Assembly: GCA_036339875.1 (NCBI GenBank)
Contig: JAYZAC010000170.1
Span: forward strand, 1-15,722
Length of the DNA: 15,722 nt
Direction: 5' to 3'
Source: a bacterium
GTDB taxonomy: Bacteria > Muiribacteriota > UBA6191
Below the pieces are notes generated by a model. That model did no database searches. It was not told the DNA's origin and saw only the letters and a list, made by a program, of their open reading frames with translations. A program made the translations under genes and the position numbers. Numbering within the stretch: the stretch's first letter is position 1; every line of letters begins with the position of its first letter. Positions 1 through 7,105 of the stretch are shown one piece after another.

Positions 1-819
1 TTTCTGGCTCTAAAGGAAGAAGATCTTCTGAAAGTCGAGGCTGCTTTTGAAAAAATTACTGAAAAAGCCACTTATCCAGACCCACCCGGTAGAAAGCATC
101 TTAAAGGTCTTAGTCCTGAGCAATTGGAAGAACATTATGAAGTCAATGCTAAATACTTTACTGATATGGGCGATTATAAGGCATTTGAGTATGAGCCGTT
201 AAATAAGGTAATGACATGTCGAGCCGGTATATCAAATACGCGGATGGAACACGATCCATTTGAGCGTTGCGCCAATGTTTTTTACTTTCCTCAGGATTCA
301 TGCAAGTCATGCAAGTACATTGATGAATGTGAAATAGATAAAAAAGATTTTAGTATCAAAACTCGATTTTTTGCCGTTTTAGGTTTTGGGTCTTTCATCA
401 GAAGAGCACGTCTTTCAGTGAAGGAGCGTCTAGATAATGAGTTAAACAAGGAACAATCTTCCGCCAGCGTTCAATTACCTGCGACACCGTTGGTGGACAC
501 GATGCCTTGTACAATAGGATGGACGTATTCGAGAGTGACTACTGATGGTAATATAATCCCTTGTTGTAAAGGTTATGAAAAACCATTAGGAAATTTATAT
601 CAGAATCATTTCAAGCATATTTGGAATGATCATCCTTATCGAGAGTTTCGAGATAAGGCTAAAAATCTAAAGAAGTCCGATATCTACTTTCAAGAAATAG
701 GATGTCACAAAGCTTGCGATAACATTGGTCAAAATCTTGAAGTTGTTAAGCGACTGAACAATCTTAAGCCCAGAGAAAAACAGTGGCTAGAAGATTCGGC
801 TAAACAGATTCGGCCTTAA
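1..819 (+). CDS. Radical SAM-associated SPASM/twitch-domain protein, C-terminal part (5' end outside window)
   Basis: The frame is open from base 1 (FLALKEEDLLKVEAAF...), so the TTG at 124 is probably internal. The C-terminal signature PCTIGW...VTTDGNIIPCC...PLGNL...IWND...FR...CHKACDN matches the SPASM/twitch auxiliary Fe-S domain. The CxxxCxxC radical SAM motif is not in the window, so the core is inferred. Confidence 0.75.
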   Translation, partial: FLALKEEDLLKVEAAFEKITEKATYPDPPGRKHLKGLSPEQLEEHYEVNAKYFTDMGDYKAFEYEPLNKVMTCRAGISNTRMEHDPFERCANVFYFPQDSCKSCKYIDECEIDKKDFSIKTRFFAVLGFGSFIRRARLSVKERLDNELNKEQSSASVQLPATPLVDTMPCTIGWTYSRVTTDGNIIPCCKGYEKPLGNLYQNHFKHIWNDHPYREFRDKAKNLKKSDIYFQEIGCHKACDNIGQNLEVVKRLNNLKPREKQWLEDSAKQIRP

Positions 820-848
820 AATTTACACCATATAGCTACCCTATTAAA

Positions 849-865
849 TTGATTTTAAAAATCAA
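849..865. promoter_or_regulatory. Perfect 17-bp palindrome TTGATTTT-A-AAAATCAA, possible transcription-factor operator
   Basis: 8-bp inverted arms at 849-856 and 858-865, ending 36 bp upstream of the TTGACA at 902. It is AT-rich, so it could be chance. Confidence 0.3.
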
Positions 866-901
866 AATAAGCTCTGAAAGAAAAAAAAGTAGCTAACATA
901 A

Positions 902-931
902 TTGACATTTGTTTTCCAAAAAAGCTACGTT
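902..931 (+). promoter_or_regulatory. Sigma70-type promoter
   Basis: Perfect -35 TTGACA (902-907), 18-bp spacer, and a TAnnnT -10 TACGTT (926-931). An A-tract upstream (about 881-888) could act as an UP element. Predicted TSS about 937-938. Confidence 0.55.
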
Positions 932-937
932 ATGTAT

Positions 938-1081
938 AGCAGTCTAGTAGGACCGTTGATTAAAACATAATCCGATTACTATCGGATGCGATCTGAATCT
1001 CTGTTTGCTATCAGGGTTTGTGGGTCGGTATATTAAAGTGTCATAATTTGCTCGGGCGAGATAGAAATTATGGCACTTTTT
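938..1081 (+). ncRNA. Candidate structured small RNA or 5' leader (attenuator/riboswitch-like), family not recognised
   Basis: Bounded by a promoter and an intrinsic terminator. Contains the perfect hairpin ATCCGAT-tact-ATCGGAT (970-987) and an imperfect G.U-rich hairpin (989-1027). Confidence 0.45.
1035..1081 (+). terminator. Intrinsic terminator-like hairpin
   Basis: AAAGTGTCATAATTT (1035-1049) pairs with AAATTATGGCACTTT (1065-1079): 15 bp with one U.G pair, ending in TTTTT (1077-1081). Confidence 0.7.
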
Positions 1082-1144
1082 GCGTTAAGTTGAGATTATC
1101 AGAGAATGTTGTAATTATGGAACTTGCATTAGTCTGACAGGTGT

Positions 1145-1672
1145 ATGAAAGAACGAAGCAACATAGTTATAGATCAAAGTTGGTATGAAAAACCAGATGG
1201 TATTGCAGAGCGTTTTTCTTGCGGCGGTGTGGTCTGCAGGGTTAATGAATCTGAAGAAATATTGATTCTTTTAACTTTTGAAAAAGATGATCGCTGTTTC
1301 GTGTTACCAAAGGGTGGTAAGGAAATTGGTGAACTGGATTTAGATACTGCCATAAGAGAAGTTGGCGAAGAAGCGGGTATTAACGATTTAACTCTACTTG
1401 CAGATCTTGGTAATTTACAAAGATTGTCTTTTGCTAAAAATGCCTGGTCTAATACTCATTTTTTTTTATTTTACACGCAACAGATCAATGGAACTCCAAC
1501 CGATGAAGAACATTTTCATAAACCTTCATGGTTTAGTCTAGAGGATAATAATCCTTATTTTTGGCCGGATCAGAAAGATTTGATTAAGAATAATCGTCAT
1601 CGTATAACCGACCTTATTCTCAAGCATCATAGGCAAAATTTATGCTTAGGAGAGGGCTTGGAACGCAGGTGA
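1145..1672 (+). CDS. NUDIX hydrolase (Ap4A-hydrolase-like)
   Basis: Exact Nudix box GX5EX7REUXEEXGU = GGKEIGELDLDTAIREVGEEAGI. It is preceded by LPK and by an N-terminal SCGGVV strand. Substrate cannot be determined. Confidence 0.9.
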   Translation: MKERSNIVIDQSWYEKPDGIAERFSCGGVVCRVNESEEILILLTFEKDDRCFVLPKGGKEIGELDLDTAIREVGEEAGINDLTLLADLGNLQRLSFAKNAWSNTHFFLFYTQQINGTPTDEEHFHKPSWFSLEDNNPYFWPDQKDLIKNNRHRITDLILKHHRQNLCLGEGLERR

Positions 1673-1683
1673 AGTAGCTCAAT

Positions 1684-1692
1684 TGCTATGAT
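1684..1692 (+). promoter_or_regulatory. Extended -10 promoter (TGn-TATGAT) for the esterase-ABC cassette
   Basis: TGC-TATGAT at 1684-1692, 11 nt before ATG 1704. No Shine-Dalgarno sequence lies between them. Confidence 0.45.
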
Positions 1693-1703
1693 AAAGTGTT
1701 CGA

Positions 1704-2333
1704 ATGCGTTTTGTCTTACTTCTATTACTTGGCATCATTGGGTTCTGTGGCCCCACGAATAACGAATCCAACATAAAAATTCTTTGCTTAGGTGACTCGC
1801 TAACCGAGGGTTATGGAATATTGAAAGAATACTCTTATCCATCACGTTTAGAAGAAGCATTAAAAATCAAAGGTTTTTCGGTCAAAGTGATTAATTCGGG
1901 GCAAAGTGGAAGTACGAGTAAAAATGGGTTGAAACGAATAAAATGGTTATCCCGTATGAAACCTGACTATGTGATTCTAGCGCTTGGTGCTAACGATGGC
2001 TTACGAGGCTTGTCCTTAGTTGAACTGGAACAAAATCTCAGTGATGTAATAGAGTATGCAGAAGGACTCAAAATTAAAGTGGTTCTAGCGGGTATGAAAA
2101 TACCGCCAAATTATGGCCCTTCTTATACTTTAGAATTCGAGAAAATTTTTAAGCGACTAGCGAAAACTTACGAATTGCCATTGATCGATTTTCTTTTGGA
2201 TGGTGTGGCAGGAAAGCCAGATTTAAATCTACCTGATGGGATTCATCCAACAGCAGAGGGATATGAAATTGTTACTCAAAATGTTCTCAATATACTTCTG
2301 CCCATAATCACTGGAGTATCGATTGATGAATAA
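1704..2333 (+). CDS. tesA: Arylesterase / acyl-CoA thioesterase I (SGNH/GDSL hydrolase) with N-terminal signal or anchor
   Basis: All four SGNH blocks are present: LGDSLT, NSGQSG, LGANDGLRG and DGIHP. Also has the TesA-typical MKIPPNYG..Y motif and a hydrophobic N-terminus, and lies next to ybbA/ybbP-like genes. Confidence 0.9.
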   Translation: MRFVLLLLLGIIGFCGPTNNESNIKILCLGDSLTEGYGILKEYSYPSRLEEALKIKGFSVKVINSGQSGSTSKNGLKRIKWLSRMKPDYVILALGANDGLRGLSLVELEQNLSDVIEYAEGLKIKVVLAGMKIPPNYGPSYTLEFEKIFKRLAKTYELPLIDFLLDGVAGKPDLNLPDGIHPTAEGYEIVTQNVLNILLPIITGVSIDE

Positions 2334-3009
2334 TTCAATACTTGTGCTCAAGAACTTATGTAAGGAATTTCCTTCCGTTAGTGGAGGTAGTAATCTAAAG
2401 ATTCTAAATGGTTTAAACCTCGATCTTCGCGCTGGTGAAACTGTAGCTGTGCTGGGTACCTCAGGGTCAGGTAAATCGACACTTCTGTCTTTGGTAGCGG
2501 GTTTGGATTCGCCTAGTGATGGAGCTGTTTATCTTGGTGAAAAGAATCTTGTCACCATGCCTGAGTCAGAACTTGTAAGTTATCGGGCTCTTCATTTAGG
2601 AATAGTATTTCAGCAATTTCACCTAATGCCTCATCTCAGTGCTTTAGAAAATGTTTCATTACCTCTTGAATTAGCTGATGATCAAAATGCAATTGTAAAA
2701 GCTACAAGTGCATTGAGTTCTGTAGGTTTGGCGGAGCGTTTGGATCACTACCCTGCACAATTGAGTGGGGGTGAATGCCAGCGCGTAGCGATTGCCCGAG
2801 CATTGTGTGTTGAACCTCTTTTATTACTCGCTGATGAGCCTACTGGTAGCTTAGATACTAACACTGCAGATTCAGTCGCAGACTTGCTTTTTAATCTGGT
2901 TCAAGATGGTAAAACTACGATGCTATTAGTTACTCACAATTTACAGTTAGCTCAACGTTGTGAGAGGGTCCTTCGTCTTAAAGATGGTCGATTGGTTCAA
3001 GATGATTAA
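2326..3009 (+). CDS. ybbA: ABC transporter ATP-binding protein, LolD/MacB/YbbA type
   Basis: Walker A GTSGSGKST, Q-loop IVFQQFHL, signature LSGGECQRVAIARAL, Walker B LLLADEPTG and H-loop VTHN. ATG 2326 overlaps the tesA stop and has GGAG upstream; the track start at 2323 is TTG. Confidence 0.9.
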   Translation: MNNSILVLKNLCKEFPSVSGGSNLKILNGLNLDLRAGETVAVLGTSGSGKSTLLSLVAGLDSPSDGAVYLGEKNLVTMPESELVSYRALHLGIVFQQFHLMPHLSALENVSLPLELADDQNAIVKATSALSSVGLAERLDHYPAQLSGGECQRVAIARALCVEPLLLLADEPTGSLDTNTADSVADLLFNLVQDGKTTMLLVTHNLQLAQRCERVLRLKDGRLVQDD

Positions 3010-5581
3010 GTATTTGCGTCTGTGTTCAAAAGAACTCAGCGGTAATATATCTTTCAGCTTATTTTTTGTTTTCAATCTTGCGCTGGGTCTTGTTGGTTTT
3101 GGCTTGTTGGATTCTTTTCGCGTATCTTTTCAAAAACAAGTCAATTCACAAAGTCGCGAATTGATGGGTGCGGATTTCAGAATAAGAGCAAATGTACCCT
3201 TGCCAAAAAAAATCGATCAACTTGTATTTCAGGAATTTAAAAATCTTCAACGTAGTGAAAAGGTTCAGTTTTTTTCGATGGTACAGGCGGGGAACCGATC
3301 TAGATTAGTCAATATTCATGCAGTTGATAAAGAATTTCCTCTAGTCGGTAATTTTGAACTTGAAGGATCTCAAGTCAAGTCAGATCGGTCTTTGGGAAAG
3401 CTTGTAGAGAATTCAAGACATTGCTACTTGTATCCTGAATTGGGCGAACTATTAAATGTTGATCTCGGAGATACTATCAAAGTAGGTCATGCCGACTTTA
3501 CTGTATCTGGTTGGGTTCGTCGTGACCCATCTTCACTTTTCTCTAGCTTGGGATTAGCACCAAGATTATTTATGGCTTTGGATCAAATTAAAGAAACCGG
3601 TTTGATTCGTTTAGGCAGCCGGATTCAGTACTCAAGTTATTATGCTGGATTCGAATTACTTAATTTACGAGAAAGACTTAATGGAAGATTAAAACAACAA
3701 ATGAAGGCGGAACTCAAGCAGTCAGATCGCTATCAGATACGACTAGCTGAAGATGCTAGTGGACGCATAAATCGTGGCATGCAAGATTTATCTCATTTTT
3801 TAGGTCTCGTAGCGATGGTGGCTCTATTTTTGGCAGGAACGGGCGCAGCGTTTATTTATCGAGCCTACTTGACTTCAAGAGTTAGGTCTATAGCCATTTT
3901 AATAAGCCAAGGTATGAATCGAACTCAAGTTGGTATGTATTATTTGGCCCAACTTGGTTTTTTAGGGATATTGGCTAGTATTCTGGGAATCATTACGGCT
4001 CATTTAATGCTACCCATCGTTAGTAAGTTATTAGCTGTATTTCTTCCTCGTGAATTATCATTATTAATGCCGCAAAGTACACATTTTTTGATTTTATCTA
4101 TGGGCGCGATTGGCAGTGTACTTTTTTGCCTTCCATTCTTAACTCGAATAAGGCTGGTACAACCCCGTCAACTATTTCAAGAGGGAAGCACCGAGCGACT
4201 TCAAATCCCAAAATTCGATACATGGTTTATAGCGAGTAGCGTACTGCTTTTGATTTCTACATGGATTTTTGCTTGTTTACAATCAAACAGCTTATTCATT
4301 GGTTCTATTTTCTTCATAGGTGTAATGCTTGGTATCACAGTTATGGCTATCATTTGCCAATTATTACTAATGTTAGGACGTAAGTTAATGAACCGCTTTT
4401 CATTGATTTGGCGTATGGCCTGGAAAGACCTAGTCCGAAAACGCTTTAGTACTCTTACTAGTTTTTTATGTATAGGATTGGGCAGTCTTTTAATTGCTCT
4501 TATGCCCCAAATGCAAAAAAATTTAGAGCTTAGGTTGGAACGTCCTCAAGGTTTTACGTTGCCCACTTTCTTTTTGTTTGATATGCAGCCCGAACAGCTC
4601 GATTCGCTTCGAAAAGTTACGGAAGATTTTGGTGCAAGTATGGCACATGTTTCTCCTATGATTAGAGCGAGAGTAGAGCAAATTAAGGGTGTGGATTTAC
4701 AAAAATATGTTAATGACCGCACTCCCAAAGAGATACAGCGCGGTTTTGGAAGAATGCTTCTGAGGCGTGGTGCTAATCTTAGCTATCGACCGGCATTAGC
4801 AGATTCAGAGACGATTTTAGAAGGTAAGCCTCTTGAAGCAATTGATGATTTTGATTGGCAAAAATCTGTCCCATTATCCGTAGAAACTCGCTTTGCAGAG
4901 GAATTAGAACTAAGTATTGGAGATAAGTTATTATTTGATATTCAAGGTTTACCTTTGGAAGGTGTTGTACAAAACATTCGTAAAGTTAGTTGGAACTCTT
5001 TTCAGCCCAATTTCTTTATAATATTACCTCCAGGAGTCCTAAACGAAGCACCTATGACCGTACTAGGTACTATTACCGGTTTAAAAGCTGATGACAAAGC
5101 GAGTTTTCAGAAAAGTGTACTGAAAGATGCTCCCAATGTTTCTTTTGTTGATGTTCAAGAGGTTATAAAGAAGGTAATTTATGTACTAGACCAGCTGGTG
5201 GTAGCGGTGTACTTGTTGGCAGCTCTAGCAATTATCTCTGGTCTTGTTGTTCTCTATTCAATTGCCAGATACGAAGTTCGTTTAGAGGCATGGATGTTTA
5301 GTCTTCTGAAAGTTTTAGGTGCAGATTTCAGAATTCTTCGGAGCTGGATCGTAGTTCGATTTGGAATTCTTGGATTCTTAGCATCTGCCGTCGGAATACT
5401 ACTAAGTCTGGCGTTCGCTTATACTTTTTGGGTTTTAGTCGTAAAAGACAGTTGGTATTGGGTGATTGATGATGTACTCATTTTATGTCCTGTAATCACC
5501 TTAGTTTGTATCGCTACAGCACTAACGGCTTCACAGAAAATTTTGCAAGCACGACCCCAATTATTTTTAGACGCTCGCTAA
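3002..5581 (+). CDS. ybbP: FtsX/MacB-like duplicated ABC permease, YbbP type
   Basis: About 860 aa with two repeats of TM + large periplasmic domain + TM cluster. Motifs ELMGAD, APRLFM, PTFFLFDMQPEQ, R.VSWNSFQPNFF and LLKVLGA are characteristic of the YbbP family. ATG 3002 overlaps the ybbA stop and is preferred over the track start 2960. Confidence 0.85.
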   Translation: MIKYLRLCSKELSGNISFSLFFVFNLALGLVGFGLLDSFRVSFQKQVNSQSRELMGADFRIRANVPLPKKIDQLVFQEFKNLQRSEKVQFFSMVQAGNRSRLVNIHAVDKEFPLVGNFELEGSQVKSDRSLGKLVENSRHCYLYPELGELLNVDLGDTIKVGHADFTVSGWVRRDPSSLFSSLGLAPRLFMALDQIKETGLIRLGSRIQYSSYYAGFELLNLRERLNGRLKQQMKAELKQSDRYQIRLAEDASGRINRGMQDLSHFLGLVAMVALFLAGTGAAFIYRAYLTSRVRSIAILISQGMNRTQVGMYYLAQLGFLGILASILGIITAHLMLPIVSKLLAVFLPRELSLLMPQSTHFLILSMGAIGSVLFCLPFLTRIRLVQPRQLFQEGSTERLQIPKFDTWFIASSVLLLISTWIFACLQSNSLFIGSIFFIGVMLGITVMAIICQLLLMLGRKLMNRFSLIWRMAWKDLVRKRFSTLTSFLCIGLGSLLIALMPQMQKNLELRLERPQGFTLPTFFLFDMQPEQLDSLRKVTEDFGASMAHVSPMIRARVEQIKGVDLQKYVNDRTPKEIQRGFGRMLLRRGANLSYRPALADSETILEGKPLEAIDDFDWQKSVPLSVETRFAEELELSIGDKLLFDIQGLPLEGVVQNIRKVSWNSFQPNFFIILPPGVLNEAPMTVLGTITGLKADDKASFQKSVLKDAPNVSFVDVQEVIKKVIYVLDQLVVAVYLLAALAIISGLVVLYSIARYEVRLEAWMFSLLKVLGADFRILRSWIVVRFGILGFLASAVGILLSLAFAYTFWVLVVKDSWYWVIDDVLILCPVITLVCIATALTASQKILQARPQLFLDAR

Positions 5582-5642
5582 ATTTCATTCTTTATTTTAA
5601 ATCAAATTAACTTCTAAGAGTATTAGTCTGTTTATCAAGGAT

Positions 5643-5671
5643 TTGTAAGCGCTTAATTGAATAACTATAAT
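5643..5671 (+). promoter_or_regulatory. Sigma70-type promoter predicting a leaderless mRNA
   Basis: TTGTAA (5643-5648), 17-bp spacer, perfect TATAAT (5666-5671), 6 nt, then ATG (5678). Confidence 0.65.
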
Positions 5672-5677
5672 CAAGTT

Positions 5678-6325
5678 ATGAAATGCCCCGAGTGTTGCAC
5701 AGAATTAGTAGTCAAAGATTTCCCTAATCTTCGAGTTGAACTAGACGTGTGTGATAGTTGTAATGGCCTTTGGTTTGACCCTAGCGAGTTATTGAAATCT
5801 ATAGTTAAGATAAAGGATAAAAGTTTTAAACCCCCTGCTGTTTTTCTTAGTGAATCCGAGAATCACTCGAATAAGAAGCGACCTTGGAGACCATGTCCTT
5901 GTTGCTCGAAATCTATGAAAACTATATCTAAAAATTCAATAGAGATTGATTTTTGTAAATCGTGTCAGGGTTTTTGGTTTGACGAAGGTGAAGTACTAGC
6001 CATGATTCGACAATTTTCTGCGAGATGTCGTAGTAATGAGAAGTCGAATAAATCACTTCCAAAGGAACTTAAGTCTATCGAGCGATTATTTAAGTCTAGA
6101 AAAGAACGCTCGACTTCAGTTATAAAAAGCTCCAAAAGCAAAAAGACTATAAAGGTCACAAAAGGAGAGTATGTTGTGACTTCTACAAATCGTGATGACA
6201 TCGACTTAAGTGAGATAATACTTAACATAGATGATCTGGCTGATATATTTTGTTCAGTCGGTGAGGTAGGTTTTAAAGCCGGACAATTTATTGCGGATCT
6301 ATTGATTGAAGCAATTAGTTCATAA
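5678..6325 (+). CDS. Tandem zf-TFIIB-type zinc-ribbon protein
   Basis: Two repeats: CPEC...ELDVCDSCNGLWFDPSEL and CPCC...IEIDFCKSCQGFWFDEGEV. MKCP is the usual start for this family, so ATG 5678 is preferred over TTG 5657. Confidence 0.85.
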   Translation: MKCPECCTELVVKDFPNLRVELDVCDSCNGLWFDPSELLKSIVKIKDKSFKPPAVFLSESENHSNKKRPWRPCPCCSKSMKTISKNSIEIDFCKSCQGFWFDEGEVLAMIRQFSARCRSNEKSNKSLPKELKSIERLFKSRKERSTSVIKSSKSKKTIKVTKGEYVVTSTNRDDIDLSEIILNIDDLADIFCSVGEVGFKAGQFIADLLIEAISS

Positions 6326-6337
6326 CTTCAGTGTAAA

Positions 6338-7102
6338 TTATTCAGTCGGCTTCTCTGTAGGTCGTAATGTCCAGAGAGTTATAGCGGACAAAATTGCGAG
6401 TATGCCAATTCCTTGAGAAGTACTTATTTGTAAGCCAAGAAACTCACCTCTTGGGTCGGCACGGAAAAACTCCAGAATAAACCTCAAAAGGCCATATCCA
6501 CCTATGTAAATTACGAATACGGAACCGCGTCTCATATTTTTACTGAATAGATAAATGAGCATGAAACAAATCATCAGAAGACTGAAAGAGCTAATCAGTT
6601 GGATCGGTAGACGATCAACCGTATGGCCTGGAAATCTCACAGCCATCCAGTAAAGGGGATGATTTGATTCAAGAGACATGCCATAACAGCAACCATAAAG
6701 ATAGCAGCCTATACGTCCAAGTACATGCGAAAAACAAACACTGACCATTACAACGTCTGCCATCCACCAGAAGTCCAGCTTTTTCCAACGAACATAAAAT
6801 GTACCACCTAAAAAACCACCTATTAAACCGGTATACCATACCAGTCCTCCCTGCCGTATATTTAAGATTTCAAGTGGATTATTGATATAATTTTGCCATT
6901 CAACTATCACGTAGCCAATACGTGCTCCGACAATTGCGGCCAGAATACACGCGATACAAAAGTCAATCATTTGATTACGTGGATAGCCTCTCTTCTGACC
7001 ATGATAACTACACCAGCCTACCGCTATTAGAAAACCGATGGCAGCCATAGCTCCATAAGCTTGAACTTGAAAATCTCCCAGAGTAAAAAGTATGGGTTTC
7101 AT
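6338..7102 (-). CDS. lgt: Prolipoprotein diacylglyceryl transferase
   Basis: MKPILFTLG..V.AYG, GARIGYV, P.EILNIRQGGL, GRIGCYLYGCCYG, P.QL and YGLLRFILEFFR motifs, with multiple TM segments. Confidence 0.92.
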   Translation of the reverse strand: MKPILFTLGDFQVQAYGAMAAIGFLIAVGWCSYHGQKRGYPRNQMIDFCIACILAAIVGARIGYVIVEWQNYINNPLEILNIRQGGLVWYTGLIGGFLGGTFYVRWKKLDFWWMADVVMVSVCFSHVLGRIGCYLYGCCYGMSLESNHPLYWMAVRFPGHTVDRLPIQLISSFSLLMICFMLIYLFSKNMRRGSVFVIYIGGYGLLRFILEFFRADPRGEFLGLQISTSQGIGILAILSAITLWTLRPTEKPTE

Positions 7103-7105
7103 AAT

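Noticed and set aside
849..865. FNR/CRP box
   Set aside because: The half-sites are separated by 7 bp, not the required 4.
932..970. Mini-ORF MYSSLVGPLIKT
   Set aside because: Its ATG directly abuts the predicted -10 and lies upstream of the predicted TSS; no SD.
986..1036. Mini-ORF MRSESLFAIRVCGSVY as a leader peptide or radical-SAM precursor
   Set aside because: No SD, the ATG overlaps the end of a hairpin stem, there is no run of regulatory codons and no recognisable RiPP features. Its stop does abut the terminator, so it is not fully excluded.
830..1081. Known RNA families (ykkC, TPP, SAM, c-di-GMP, preQ1, fluoride, SRP, tracrRNA, hammerhead)
   Set aside because: Their conserved core sequences were not found by eye, and there are no cas genes or repeats in the window. 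An Rfam search is still needed.
2960..3001. Track start of the permease at 2960
   Set aside because: It would overlap ybbA by 50 nt; ATG 3002 gives a normal coupled start.
4546..4728. 60-aa minus-strand ORF
   Set aside because: Antisense shadow within the permease; no motifs.
5965..6228. 87-aa minus-strand hydrophobic ORF
   Set aside because: Antisense to the Lys-rich part of the zinc-ribbon gene, which explains its Phe/Leu content.
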